Source: Okamejei kenojei
Lineage: Eukaryota
Direction: 5' to 3'
Assembly: GCA_035221665.1 (NCBI GenBank)
Contig: CM069163.1
Location: 22,072,001 to 22,136,000 of the forward strand
DNA: 64,000 nucleotides
In this document: positions 51,112 through 64,000 of the stretch, one piece after another
How the letters are laid out: each line of letters starts with the position of its first letter
Numbering within the stretch: the first letter of the stretch is position 1
The notes under the pieces: generated by a model
What the model saw: the letters and a program-made list of their open reading frames with translations, nothing else
The model's database searches: none
What the model was told of the DNA's origin: nothing
Position numbers and translations under genes: made by a program

Positions 51112-52415
51112 CTGAAAGAAAAGTAACATGTGTATGAAATGGGACACATTAAATATATACTGTATGATTCAGATTTGGATTGGGACGTTAGTAAAGGTTC
51201 TGGACCGTCAGAGCCAACAGCCACAGAGGTCTCCACTGGATATAACCACCCCTCTGTATGTCTCAAGATTGCCAAACAGCATTTAAAACATTCTTCAAAG
51301 CTGACTCGGTAATCTTCGATGCCCAAAATTTAATATCAAATGTAACAACACTAAAGGGCAAAAAATAAGCTTCATCCAGAAATCAAAACATATCTAATGC
51401 TATACCTGCACGAATTGGGTCTGTGCTAAGATAAAAATACTTTCCCCAAGTCAGCAATCAACCTACAAAAATGACCTGAAGTCCTCTTCCTCACTCTGAT
51501 CACATTAGTTTTACTCTGCACGGACACAGATATAGTATATCTTGACAACTTCTGTCAAGGATAATAAAATCTGCACTTTCAAACACACAGCAATGCTGAT
51601 ATTGAAAAAGATCAAGAGGTTGATGGTCAACTATAACTGCAGAGCAAAGAAAAATATCTTCCATTCATCAATCTACTCAAAGTTAAGAGTTTCTCCTTGC
51701 TCAATTTATCAATGTATAAGCAAAGTTCAGAATTAAAAATACTGATGGCAATTCAAAAACGCTCAGAAACAAGAAAATCTCCATAGCAAACCCTCATGTG
51801 GGGCATTCTCCACTCTCACCGGTTGCCACTTCTGCCTGTTGGCCCGTCACTTTGTCCGCTCATTGTCCCTCTACCGCCTACGTGGTTGCAGCAGACAGTC
51901 TGCAATAATGGACACTATTCTTCCCCCCCCCCTAGTCCATTGTAACAGGTGTTTACTATGCCTTTCTTGATCTAAATGATTTATAGCTCGAGATCTTTTA
52001 AACAATAATCAAGTGTTATGATAGAGTAAAATTTAGAACTATCTGTGCATAACAAGATCACACAAATAAGAGATAGTAGCCAGTGGATCCATTTGACCAA
52101 GTCTGAAGATAAATGTGGTGCAGGACATTGGGAAGAGCTATACTTCCCTTCTTCCAAGTACAACTGTGCTATCCTGAAGAGGAAGTCAACATTCCTAACA
52201 TTGCATCTAAAAGGAAGCCTCGCTGATGGTGTAACATATCCCCAGGTTTCTGTTGAAACTGCCAAAGTATCCTCCATGTCTCTCGAGTAGGATTGAGACC
52301 ATCAACACTCAAAATTAGAGATGATTGCATCACAGTACAAGTCACAAGTGATAAATTAATGTAGCACCGAGAATCTAATACTTTGAATATTTTTTAACAA
52401 AAATGGAAAACGTAC

Positions 52416-52592
52416 CACTGATCACTGAGACATTTGTCATTAAGAATGCACCACTTGGAGGTCTGATTATATATGCGGAGATTCTGCAGGCTGCTGATCA
52501 GCTCATTAATCTTCTTATCCTGTTGGTTAATAATCTCATGATGACTGGCCAGTGCATTAAACAGTACTTCTCGCTCCGGTAAAAGCAAGTGC
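52416..52592 (-). CDS. NUP214: NUP214 exon (~19)
   Basis: [24 protein letters not shown]...[13 protein letters not shown]; phase 2-2. Confidence 0.95.
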
Positions 52593-53622
52593 CTGGGAGG
52601 AAACAATCAAAGTTTAGACAACAGTGAAGGTGAACCACACAATTGCTCCTCAATAACAATATACAAAGATTCAAATCCCCAGCAAATGTTGTATGGAACG
52701 TTGATGAGACCATAGAGTAATGCGCACAATTCCGACTACACATCTTCAAAAGGACAGTAAGGCACTGAGAAGATTCAACACAGGCTGTCATTCTCGAACC
52801 CAAGAACTCAGACCAAATATACATCTTGAGTCAACAGCTTACACCGTTTAATTAGCAAGCTAAATGAGGAAATGTTTCCTCCAAGGACAGCAGTAACTTA
52901 TTTTTGGTCAGCTGACTTGTCCCTAGAATTGGAACAAAACAAAATCACTGAGAGTGTTGTAATTTGGATGGGGATATGAACTGTAGCCATCAAACATGTC
53001 AGTAACTGCCTTGGAGAGGGTTTATGCCAAGATGTCAACGTGGCAGCATTTCTCCTCCTCCAATCTCCATGTCTTTCCAGCAATACTGGTATTCAACAGC
53101 ATGAAGATCTTTTTTTTCCAATTACGATATGATGGACGTAAATAGATATAAACGAGAAATAGTCACATTGGTGCACAAAAAAGATGAAGAAACACAAAAC
53201 TAGATATTGCTGAGTGTCTGGATCTTCCCTGACTCAAGGATAATTGCATTCATATAACTATTTACTTTAGTACAATATGCAATCACCATGTAAAAACAGG
53301 AAATGTAGTTGTCAATTTGTGTTCAAATGTCAATGGGTGATTGGACAATCAGTTTATTTTCCCCTGTATCCCAAGACAAATAAGTTCTCGCATCAAAACA
53401 GCATCACTTCATTTTTACTTTCACGAGGATGCACAGGTAGCCCCCTAATTTAAAAACATTGCCTACATCATCATCATCATCAAAAAGCAGTCGAGTCTCC
53501 AATAGCGCAGACCGCACTTAAGACTCCAGAGAGCAGATTTGAAAATGTCCTGACCCAGCGTCATTGCTGACAATGACTGTAAAGGTCAGGCAGGTTTCAA
53601 CGTCCACATTCAACCCTCTTAC

Positions 53623-53726
53623 TTGTGTTTCTTGTTCTTTTCCTGGTATTGCTCCCATTCCATATCCAGCACATCATTAACGTCTTGCACTGCAAACTTG
53701 ACGTATTGATGTAAACGACGAATTTC
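53623..53726 (-). CDS. NUP214: NUP214 exon (~18)
   Basis: [26 protein letters not shown] nearly identical to human; phase 0-2, GTAAGA donor. Confidence 0.97.
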
Positions 53727-54266
53727 CTGCCAATCAGAATGTTTATTCCAAATAAAATGTAGAGAACAAGGAAAAAAAATGCTTGGTAAATATAAAAGAG
53801 CTAACAATTAAACAACTTTTACATATTATTATTGAAAGGCACTTCTTATACAAATAGAAAAATCCTCCATATGATTCCATTCTAATGAGCCAAAACCATT
53901 CCTTTGAAGGCAAGTGGAACAGAAAATGTGTGCATCAAGCCACTCATCATTGTTTGGCCTCATCTATTTTAGAGTATTTTGTACAAATCTGGTACTGGAC
54001 TTTGTCAGTGATGTATAAGCCCCAATTAGAGTAGTGAATGTCAAGTTGAAGGAGTTTCGCAATGCAAAGAACATTGCAGAGAATTCATCTTCTCTGGTGG
54101 AGGGAATAAGGCAAAATCCAACAGTAAACAAACTTCTGTGGTTTCATAAATCATGCAAGGTGAAACATTACTCTTGCAAGTAGGTTTGCAACCAGACACC
54201 ATAACTGCTTATAAATTATCAAAAGAACTAGAAGCAAAATGAGGAGAGAATTTTCAGGCTGTAAGA

Positions 54267-54752
54267 CAGGGGTCGGCAACCTTGTTCTGCCTGGGGCCAG
54301 GACGTCAGTCTGTGAGCGGATGGCGGGTCACATCTACGTGTTCACACAGATCCCGACCCTAGTTACGGACATGGCGTGTGTACAGACCATTGCCTTGGCT
54401 CCATCCTGAAGGCGGTGGCTCAAATACTCACACTCACTCGACCCCAGCCTATTGACAACCCCGATCCCAACAGTGAAGCCCAGACACAGAAGGTGCACGG
54501 CCGTGCCGGCAGCTCTGTGCAGGATACGGTACAGCCAGAGCACGGCGCTCAGTCCCCGTTCGGGCACTTGGCGCTCCACAATCGCGGTCTCCTTGCATCA
54601 CCGCGCCTGGGCGTCTCGGGCCCAGTAGGTACCAGAGGTGAAGGAAGTCTGCGGGCCGGATGACTACGGGGAAAAAAAAAAATGCCTGCGGGCCGGATGA
54701 TTTCGGGCTACGGGCCACATTCAGCCTGGGGGCCATAGGTTGCCGACCCCTG
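54267..54752. mobile_element. hAT (Charlie-type) MITE
   Basis: TIR CAGGGGTCGGCAACC / GGTTGCCGACCCCTG; 8-bp TSD ctgtaaga / ctgtaagg. Confidence 0.92.
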
Positions 54753-55064
54753 CTGTAAGGTAACCAAGGAATACTCTCAGGATTTTATAGTAACAGAATT
54801 ATTTAATGGCCTTGATGTGAAGAAGGTGTTTTAGAGGGTGAAGGAGCAATTCCAAAACTGGAGACTATTAATATTGTTTCAGTAATTAACACATCAAACA
54901 GGAACGTTTGATAAGCTTCTTCACCCAGAGTTGGAATAATGTAGAAATGACCACCAGATGGAGGTGTGGAGACAAATGCCATAGATGTATCCAGGGGGGT
55001 GAAAGATGATCTAAAACACTCATCAAGGGATAAATGGATTGCACCTGGATTGTTGTGGCTGATT

Positions 55065-56255
55065 GCAGTTGAGGAACTAAACCTCAATGCCACCAATAGC
55101 TATGAAACGAAGCACCCCGAGGCCTTGTTCATAATAGTCAGGGCCTTCATTCAGGCCAACCTCAAGAGCGTGGTACCAAAACACTTAACACATTTTCTGC
55201 CCAATCAGAGGTCCAAACACCCTCTACCACTGCAACATAACCATTAACCTTACGCGCCATCCCCCAACTGCACCACCTGCAGAGCTTCCAAGTTTTGTCA
55301 GCGCATTTCAGTATTCTAGTACCTGAAAATCAGTATTTTGCTGAGGAAATCAGTATTGTTACACGGTACCATTTTGCTGAAAAATGTTTTTTTTTTTAAA
55401 TGTGCGGTCATACCCATGTAAGAATACAAGAACTTTGCTACCAATTGACGTCTTCTACGCCCCTTACTTGACGGTGCATTCAATTCCATCTCTTTGTATA
55501 CTGCTGTTTGAACGGCTGCTTCCTGTTTTTAGCACCAGATGATGATGTAGAAGCCAATTTGGAAGCCTCTCTCTCTTCCTTACTTTTTTCTCCCTCCCTC
55601 TCTCCTTCTCCCTTCCAGAACAGTCTGTGACCCATAGCGCTGTGGCCATTAAGCTATGTGTAAAGGCAATAGCGTTCCAGCTGGCAGCGCTATAATTAGA
55701 ACACATAATGGTGTTTGTTTAAATTCCCACACGCTAAACTGACAGCACTGTTTAAACCTGTAGCGGGACAGGCAGATCAAAATAGCTTACAAAAATAATC
55801 ATCCAGATCTTGAAATTTAAAATATTATGGCAGATTTAATCTGCTATAATTTTTAGAGTTACAGTATGGTTTTTTAATATCCTTGCATTTTTTAAGCAGC
55901 AAGATGAAACAGTCGGGCCGATTTTAAAAAAATCCGTATTTTACAAAGCAAATCCGTACATCCGTATTCTTATCGCATTTCCATACAAAATACGGAAAAT
56001 CCGTACTACTTGGCAGCTCTGCACCTGGCTGTGTTTCTACGCCCTGCTTACAAGCAGAAAATGAAGCAGGTGGATCCGTTACGGAAAGTCATGTATGCTG
56101 GTCTATGGAAACAGATGAGACTTTTTGTGACTGCTTTGAGTCGGCTGACTGGTCCCTATTGAAGGACTCGTGGCTAACTAAAATGCATATGCCTCTGTTG
56201 TCACAAATGTCGTCGGACAATGTTCCAAACGATGTTCAACGTTAGTCCACGAGAC
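55065..56255 (+). mobile_element. Rex/Babar LINE endonuclease-region remnant, interrupted by a MITE
   Basis: ETKHPEALFII..AF.QANLKSV.PK, resuming after the MITE as FLRPAYKQK...CWS.E...DCFESADWS. Confidence 0.7.
55280..56021. mobile_element. MITE with 6-bp TSD
   Basis: TIR CAGAGCTTCCAAG / CTTGGCAGCTCTG; perfect TSD cacctg; subterminal ATC(C/A)GTA repeats. Confidence 0.9.
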
Positions 56256-57119
56256 TGTACCATACAAAATGGAAAGGGTTTCATGAACTGGAGATTGTAT
56301 CTCAATGCCAGAACTGGGGTGTCAGGGGTTAATGGGGAGAAGGCAGGAGAATGGGGATAGGAGGGAGAGCTAGATCAGCCATGATTGAATGGCGCAGTAG
56401 ACTTGATGACCCGAATGGCCTAATTCTGCTCCTATCACTTGACCTTGACAAAATAAATTATAACACAGATCGCAAATCTTAATTAAGGTGCAGCCAACGT
56501 GATTCACCAAGTCATCAATCAAATTGCTGTACAAGATCTGGGAGGTCTCTCAGATTGTTTTATCCATGAATGCAAGACATGCATCTTGTTGTAAGTCAAA
56601 CTTCCATTCTAATTGTTTTCAGCACTTATTTACTAAATGATCAACTTACTTACTAAACGATCAAATGGTCAGTTGCATCATCTGAAAAAAGTGTGATGTA
56701 GAAATGCTTCCCTGACATCCAGGAGAAGTAATTCTCCAACAAAATAAAGGGCTAGCCAGAGTATCAAATCTTCTTACAGGATAAACTTCTACCAAAGATT
56801 TGTCTGGATTTGGATTGATTGGCAGCAAAGGAGATCATTCATTGCACCGTGTCTGTGCTTGCAATTTCTAAAAAACGCTTGTTTACTGTATGCTACTAAT
56901 ATTTATGAAATATTTATTTTTCCTTTCAAATACACGTCCAGTTCCCTTCCAGGCCATAATAAAAACTGTCCTCATTTCTACTTCTTAGGTCAGGTTGTCC
57001 GACAACAGAGATAAGAATGTAGGTCCCCTCCCAAAGCTGGATGAGAACCCATGGGATTTGTCTTAATGACTTAACTGAACATGACAGATTGATGTGAACA
57101 ACAGTAAAGAACAACAAAC

Positions 57120-57278
57120 CTTAAGCTGAGCTTCACTCTTCGGGTCAAGTGGCTTTCGGCGCAAAAGCTGGAGATAATTCTGATCTATGTTTCGTTGATT
57201 TTGCGTAGATGCATCTTCCACAGCAGCAAATCCTTCCAGCATCACAGTCTTCAGGATGCCAATATCTCCATGCAAGGA
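57120..57278 (-). CDS. NUP214: NUP214 exon (~17), coiled coil
   Basis: [23 protein letters not shown]...[13 protein letters not shown]; AG/GT boundaries, 159 nt, phase 0-0. Confidence 0.95.
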
Positions 57279-58092
57279 CTAATGGAGTGGAGGTGATGGG
57301 AAAGAAGTAAAAAAGGAAACAAATATATTAGCATAAAACCACAGCAAGCCAAGAGAACTCTGGGGAAAAGCAATTCTCCAGCAAAAAAGGAATAAAGAAT
57401 AGCAAATCTTCATAATATTTCCATTCAGTTTAGTTTATTGTCACATGTACTGAGGTACAGTGAAATGCTTTTAAAATCTTCGGTTAAATGCCTTCCAACA
57501 TTTGCTCCGTGACGAGAGATGCTTATTAGATTGCCTTCGGTACCAATGCAGAAAACAGACAACAAATTAGCAGAATCACCCTAGTTCATATAAGAAATCC
57601 TCAATAGAAGAGGGCAGAATCCCAGAATTTGACCCAGATCAAAGATTTTTTTCCTTCGACCCAGCTGTGGAAAGCTCAGACAGAAACAAGATATTTTAAC
57701 TACTCCATCCCCAACTGTCTGCTCCACATCCAGTGTTTGATCTGTGGCCGACGTTTGGTCTATCATTAAGTTAAGGTTTCCAAATTAAGATTCCCTAAGC
57801 AATGCAAATAGATCCGATCCCATCGTGGATTCCAGAATTATTTTAAAAACGATATTTATCAGCCTAGAGCAATAGAATAGCATTCTTGCGAGCACTAGAA
57901 AATCTGGGAGCATTACTAGAGCTGCCGCCAGAGGAGTGTAGGTAATGGATAGTGGTGATGTGCGGGTAAGAGAATGCAGCCAGTTGCAAGATGCAGCTGG
58001 CAGTCTAGATGCAGCCCAAATCACCAGTCGACGGTTATGAAAACGGAGCAGAAGATGGTGCGAGTTCTGTTAGTTTGCAAATGCTCTGCAGA

Positions 58093-58372
58093 CATGGTTT
58101 AAGAATAAGGGGTAAGCCATTTAGAACGGAGACGAGGAAACACTTTTTCTCACAGAGAGTTACAAGTGTGTGGAACTCTCTGCCTCAGAGGGCGGTGGAG
58201 GCAGGTTCTCTGGATGCTTTCAAGAGAGAGCTGGATAGGGCTCTTAAAGATAGCGGAATCAGGAGATATGGGGAAAAGGCAGAAACGGGGTACTGATTGG
58301 GGATGATCAGCCATGATCACATTGAATGACTCGAAGGGTCGAATGGCCTACTCCTGCACCTATTGTCTATTG
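58093..58372 (+). mobile_element. CR1 LINE 3' fragment
   Basis: HGLRIRGKPFRTETRKHFFSQRV..WNSLP + 3' UTR and TATTGTC tail. Confidence 0.9.
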
Positions 58373-59088
58373 TCAAACTATGAACGCAAGACGTACATCT
58401 TCCTGTTGGGAAATAAAGGATTGTTTTGTTTTCTGTGAATACAGCTTGTTCCTTGTTAAAATAAATCACACAATATAAAGTTTGTGGCCTGGATTGTTAA
58501 CGACAAACCAATATGCTATCATAGCTTGGGAACACAGATTCTTCAGTATTGATATCTAGGATGGCCATTTTAAATATCAATGTATCTTCGCTGCCCACCG
58601 AGAGTGAGCATTGCCCGGTTAGGCACTGGCACCTGCTGGATTACATCGTCATCTGAACAAATGTCCACAACGATGTCTGCATCACTTATGGCATGACAGG
58701 TTCTCATGTCTGCTAGGATGACAGACTGCCTGATATGCTCGATTATCTCCATCCACCTGGTCTAAAATATCAGTGTTAATGGCTGTTAATGTTGAAGCTT
58801 TCAAGGACCCCACAAAACTGGCACTTCTCACACAGCCTGTCATCTCCCTAGACTCAGCACCCATGAAAAAATTCCAACCTTTCCTCATAAGAACTACCAG
58901 GAATGAATCCACCAGTCTTAAACAAGAGGGCATGGTCACAAAATAAGTAGATAGTCAATTAAAACTAAGATGGTGGTGGTGCTTACATTAAACAACAAAT
59001 TAACTTTCCCTCATCTGATGTGGTTTACATTCAAATCACCAGAGCCACCAGCTCTGACATTATTGACAAATTAGCCGAGTTCACTTGC

Positions 59089-59238
59089 CTCAGTGGTCTC
59101 CTTGATCTCCAACAGGAAGGTATTAAGCGACTCTGCATCAAATTTCAGGTGAGCCATGTCCTTTGTGCTGCCAACCACAAAGTTAGCATTGGCTGTACGG
59201 GCCTTTAAATCATCCAATTCTTTCTGAAAAAGAGCAAT
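59089..59238 (-). CDS. NUP214: NUP214 exon (~16), coiled coil; followed by a GC donor
   Basis: IALFQKELDDLKART...NTFLLEIKETTE matches human IAHFQKELEELKART...HTFLLEIKETTE; tgtgcAG acceptor; donor GAG|GCAAGT. Confidence 0.95.
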
Positions 59239-59681
59239 CTGCACAAAGAGCACGGCATTAGCTTTCCAGGGATGACACTTTCCAAACAAGTTATTATTCA
59301 AGAATTTTTTTTTTTTTTTCCATTCACATTCTCAGGACAGAACATCACAAATGCTTAACTAAACTTTGGCTATTCTTTTTTTAATATAGAAGAACAGCCC
59401 CTCATATTCGAAGTGGATATTTTACAACCCAAAGGCATGAACACTGACTTCACTAATTTCAGCTAATCCATTCCTCTCCGTCTCCTTCTCTCCCCTTCTG
59501 CTCCACCCAAGTCCTCGCACCCCCTCCTCCACCCCCAGTCAAGCATGAGCGACTTATTTCCTCTTCCCCTTGACTCCATCCACCCATTACCCACACACCC
59601 ATCTCACTAGGTCCCCAGTCCCCTAACTCCATGGCTGCATCTGCCCATCATTCCTCCTTTACTTGGTTTCTCATCATATTC

Positions 59682-60522
59682 ATGGAATATGGAAACTTTA
59701 TTGTCATTCAGACCTTGTGGTCTGAACGAAATGTCGTTGCCTTGCAGTCATACATATAATAAAATAACAAAACACACAACAAACACAAATTTAACATCCA
59801 CCACAGTGAGTTCACCAGATACCTCCTCACTGTGATGGAAGGCAAAAGTCTTAAGTCTTTGTCTCTTCCCTTCTTGTTCTTCCTCTGCGCTGAGGCGATC
59901 CAGGCCTCCGATGTTGTAACCCCACCGGGTGATGTAAGTAAGTCCCGCGGCTGAACCGTGCTACGCGAACGGGCCGGTTCAAACTCCGCGGCCCTGGGTG
60001 GTCGAAGCTGCTGCCCTCCGGTCCAGCGGACACAGCTGTTGCCGCGGGAGCTCCGGAAAATCAGGTCACCAACCTGTGACCTGCGAGCTCCCGACGATGT
60101 TGTCCACTGGGCCCGCGGCTGTGCCTCCGAAGTCGCTGCTGCCGCCACCGGAATACTGCCACAGCTCCGAGTCGGGCTGCCGGAACGCCGGAATGCATGA
60201 ACCCGCCACAGCCCCGAAGTCGGCCAGCCTCGCGCTGGTAAGTCCTGGCTGGCTCTTCCTCCGGAGCCTCGAAGTCGGTCGCAGTTGGAGGCTGCCAACT
60301 CCGCCATTAGGTCTCAGCGCAGACGGAGACGGAGACGGGGGATACGACAAGAAAAGTTGCGTCCCCCGCGAAGGAAGAGACTAAAACGTTTCTCCCACCC
60401 CTCCCCCACACATAAACATAATAACTCAAATTAACATGCTAAAACAGGACAAGAAAACAACAAAAAAAGAAAAAGCAGACGGACTGCAGGCGAGCCGCAG
60501 CTGCCAAGGCAGCGCCGCCACT
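59682..60522 (-). mobile_element. GC-rich non-autonomous retroelement with LINE-type 3' tail
   Basis: Starts AGTGGCGGCGC; ends TTCAGACCACAAGGTCTGAA hairpin + TGACAATAAA + TTCCATA repeats. Confidence 0.65.
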
Positions 60523-60997
60523 CCACTCCTTTCATTTATAAACATTCATTTATGTGTAGCCTTTTTTTCCTTGTTTCATCAATAACCTCCCAGTTTCTGT
60601 CACTATCTCCAGCATCCCTTTCTGACCTGCCTCCATCTGCTACACCACTCCTCACCTGCATCTACCTATTGCTTGCCCCGCCTCTTTATAGTGGCTGTCT
60701 CCCCTCTTTCTCAGTCCAGATTAAGGGTCTCAACCAAAAATGTCCACTGTCCATTTCTCCCCAGAGATGCTGCCTGATCTATCGAGTTGTGGAAGTAAGT
60801 TTTTGCCCCCGATTCCAGCATCTACAGTCTCTGGTGTATATCTTATATTAATACCTCCTTGTGATTGATGAAGCTTCCTCCACTAAAGGTAACTAAATGC
60901 AAACTGCTGGATTTATAGATGAGCTGAGCATGTCTATGTTTTAAAAATCAGATAATTTGCACGAGATCCCATGAACAATGGGAAGATGTATTTTAGC

Positions 60998-62696
60998 ATG
61001 TATTCACCAAGGAGAAGGATATTGAACTCGGTGAGTTAAGGGGAAAAAGTAGAGTAGCTATGGAAACTATGAGATTCAAAGAGGAGGAAGTACTGACACT
61101 TTTGAAAAATATAAAAGTGGATAAGTCTCCAGGTCCTGACAGGATATTCCCTAGGACATTGAGGGAAGTTAGTGTAGAAATAGCAGGAGCTATGACAGAA
61201 ATATTTCAAATGTCATTAGAAACGGGAATAGTGCCGGAGGATTGGAGTACTGCGCATGTTGTTCCATTGTTTAAAAAGGGTTCAAAGAATAAACCTAGCA
61301 ATTATAGACCTATTAGTTTGACGTCAGTGGTGGGCAAATTAATGGAAAGGATACTTAGAGATAATATATATAAGCATCTGGATAAACAGGGTCTGATCAG
61401 GAACAGTCAACATGGATTTGTGCCTGGAAGGTCATGTTTGACAAACCTTCTTGAATTTTTTGAAGCGGTAACTAGGGAAATTGATGAGGGTAAAGCAGTG
61501 GATGTTGTCTATATGGATTTCAGTAAGGCCTTTGACAAGGTTCCCCATGGAAGGTTGGTTAAGAAGGTTCAATCTTTGGGTGTTAATGGCGGAGTAGCAA
61601 GATGGATTCAACAGTGGCTGAATGGGAGATGTCAGAGAGTAATGGTGGATGGCTGTTTGTCAGGTTGGAAGCCGGTGACCAGTGGGGTGCCTCAGGGATC
61701 TGTGTTGGGTCCACTGTTGTTTGTCATGTACATCAATGATCTGGATGATGGGGTGGAAAATTGGATAAGTAAGTATGCAGATGATACTAAGATATGTGGT
61801 GTTGTGGATAATGAAGTAGATTTTCAAAGTCTACAGAGAGATTTGGGCCATTTGGAAAAGTGGGCTGAAAGATGGCAGATGGAGTTTAATGCTGATAAGT
61901 GTGAAGTGCTACATCTTGGCAGGACAAATCAAAATAGGACGTACATGGTAAATGGTAGGGAATTGAGGAATGCTGTGGAACAGAGGGATCTAGGAATAAC
62001 TGTGCATAGTTTCCTGAAGGTGGAATCGCAAGTAGATAGGGTGGTAAAGAAAGCCTTTGGTGTGCTGGCCTTTATAAATCAGAGCATTGAATATAGGAGT
62101 AGGGAAGTAATGTTAAAATTGTACAATTGTTAGACCAATTCTGGAGTATGGTGTACAATTTTGGTCGCCTAGTTATAGGAAGGATGTCAACAAAATAGTG
62201 AGAGTACAGAGGAGATTTACTAGAATGTTGCCAGGGTTCCAGCAACTATGTTACAGAGAAAGGTTGAACAAGTTAGGTCTTTATTCTTTGGAGCGCAGAA
62301 GGTTAAGGGGGGACTTGATTGAGGTCTTTAAAATGATGAAAGGGATAGACAGAGTTGACGTGGATACGTTTTTCCCATTGAGGGTAGGGAAGTTCAAACA
62401 AGAGGGCATGACATGAGAATTAAGGGACAGAGGTTTCGGGGTAACGTGAGGGGGAACTTCTTTACTCAGAGGGTGGTGGCTGTGTGGAATCAGCTTCCAG
62501 CAGATGTGGTGGAGGCAGGATCGATTTTAACATTTAAGAGTAAAGTGGATAGGTATATGGACGTGAAGGGAATGGAGGGGTATGGTCTGAGTGCAGGTAG
62601 ATGGGACTAGGGGAAAACAAATGGTCGGCACGGACTGGAAGGGCCGAGAGGGCCTGTTTCCGTGCTGTAATTGTTATATGGTTATATGGTATATAT
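60998..62696 (+). mobile_element. Young 5'-truncated CR1 LINE; RT ORF 61060-62133
   Basis: KSPGPD, NYRPISLTS, QHGF..GRSC.TNL, DFSKAFD, GVPQGSVLGP, YADD; frameshift near 62125; TTATATGG tail. Confidence 0.96.
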
Positions 62697-63732
62697 GAAC
62701 AGACACCCTCTTTTAGTGCTGCTGGTTCAGCTGAAAATACAAGTCGGGGCTTAGTGAGAAATCTCTAGACTTTTTAAATGCTATAGGACCTCATGCATCT
62801 TTTTCTTTAAATAGTAAGCTGATGGGTTCAAAACAACTCCAAAGATGCAACTCCAAGCTGCTCCACGGCCCGTCATAAATTCTGCAAGAGACATGACACA
62901 GACTCCTGTGTGCTTTCAAAAGTGTATGAGAAGTAAATGATTCAGAAGAGTAGAGAGAACTACAGGATTCCTTGGCATTGTTTCAAAGAGATCAGCCAGA
63001 TTCCCTGAGAGTAATCCTCCCTCAAACATGAAATTAAATACCGAGTTGTAATGACAAGAGTCAAGTCAAGAGTTTTTAAAATTGTTACTACATGCAAAAC
63101 CCTTTGCTGTCCAAATTGGCTGCAACATTTAAGAGGACAACATTTGATTAGTACTTCATTGGCTGTTATATTTTGGGATACTCTATGATCATAAAATGCC
63201 AGTTCCCTTGCTTTAAAGAACAATTACTTTCAAAACTGCTCATTGCACTCAACAATATTGGAAGAGGCAAATAGACAGGATCCTTTAAGTAGGAGTAGTA
63301 AAGAGAATTCCAGCTGATGCGATTAACATCAGGAATGCATAGTACAGTTAGAGAAAGGCAGAAGCCACAGAGGCATAGAGAAACAAGGTCGCAGAGGGAT
63401 GTGAAAACAAGAATGGAGAACTTTTAAATCATGACATGGCCGGACCAGGAACCAACATTAATTAGCAAGCTGAAAGGTAAAGGGTGATGCAGCCTTGCTA
63501 CTAATTAGTACAAAACTGTATTGAAATGACAAAGTTATGACATTTCTGTGACTTGTACTGTTTCAGAACCTTACCGTTGATCTTTCCTCAGCAGATTAGT
63601 ATTTAGTCAACAAAAATGAAGAGAAAACTAAAATCATTGATAAAAGTATAAAATTGTCAGCTAATCAAATCAGAAAGAGACAAGTTAGTTGAATGGAAGC
63701 TTTACCCGATATTTCACACCTACTATTCTCAC

Positions 63733-63828
63733 CTCTTCCATGATTCCCATCATCACAGGGTCTAAAGTTGGCTGTTGTTGCATTTGCTTTTCCAGATCAG
63801 ATGCAGAAATCTTAGTCATTGCGGAGGT
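63733..63828 (-). CDS. NUP214: Nucleoporin NUP214 coding exon (approx. human exon 15); gene continues beyond the window
   Basis: ttttctcttaAG acceptor, GTGAG donor; TSAMTKISASDLEKQMQQQPTLDPVMMGIMEE resembles human DPVMAGIGEE; phase 0-0. Confidence 0.9.
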
Positions 63829-64000
63829 CTTAAGAGAAAATAATAAAACAATCTGCATTAGCACCTGTTGGTAAATTTGTGTTACATAATAAATCAGAAG
63901 CAATGATCACTGCGGCGGAAATCATTTATAGGAAATTAAAGCCGCTCTCTTAAGCTTTTCAACAACCCTGATTGCAGGGGAGCGATAGTTAAGACACTTA

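Noticed and set aside
59708-60384. Overlapping 80-199 aa ORFs on both strands
   Set aside because: Stop-poor GC-rich repeat interior with no recognisable domain.
63850-63990. Possible intronic box C/D snoRNA upstream of the first exon
   Set aside because: No proper RTGATGA box C paired with a terminal stem.

Overview
Eukaryotic (vertebrate) genomic DNA. The repeat landscape (V-domain tRNA SINEs with CR1 tails, CR1, Rex/Babar-like LINEs, Penelope-like elements, Deu-type SINE remnants) points to a cartilaginous fish, probably a skate or ray; this is an inference. The window holds the 3' part of NUP214 on the minus strand. I reconstructed 22 coding exons (63828 down to a stop at 9303) whose splice phases all chain, giving about 1456 aa: coiled-coil region, a 1998-nt low-complexity exon and the FG-repeat tail. 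By exon count these correspond to human exons ~15-36, and one intron has a GC donor. The introns are full of transposable elements: a Gypsy remnant, a young CR1, hAT-type MITEs, Helitron-like ends and short hammerhead-bearing Penelope-derived inserts with 14-16 bp TSDs. The most unusual structure is a nested DNA-transposon complex at 41.9-44.2 kb. It contains a 475-bp MITE that looks like a portable promoter (six perfect CRE sites alternating with GC boxes, E-box/HRE cores, a CpG-rich leader, a perfect Kozak ATG and a 75-nt hairpin), plus a spliced exon remnant encoding a Tudor/Spin-like fold. NUP214 itself carries a KxE-rich Pro/Gln repeat that I do not recall in human NUP214.
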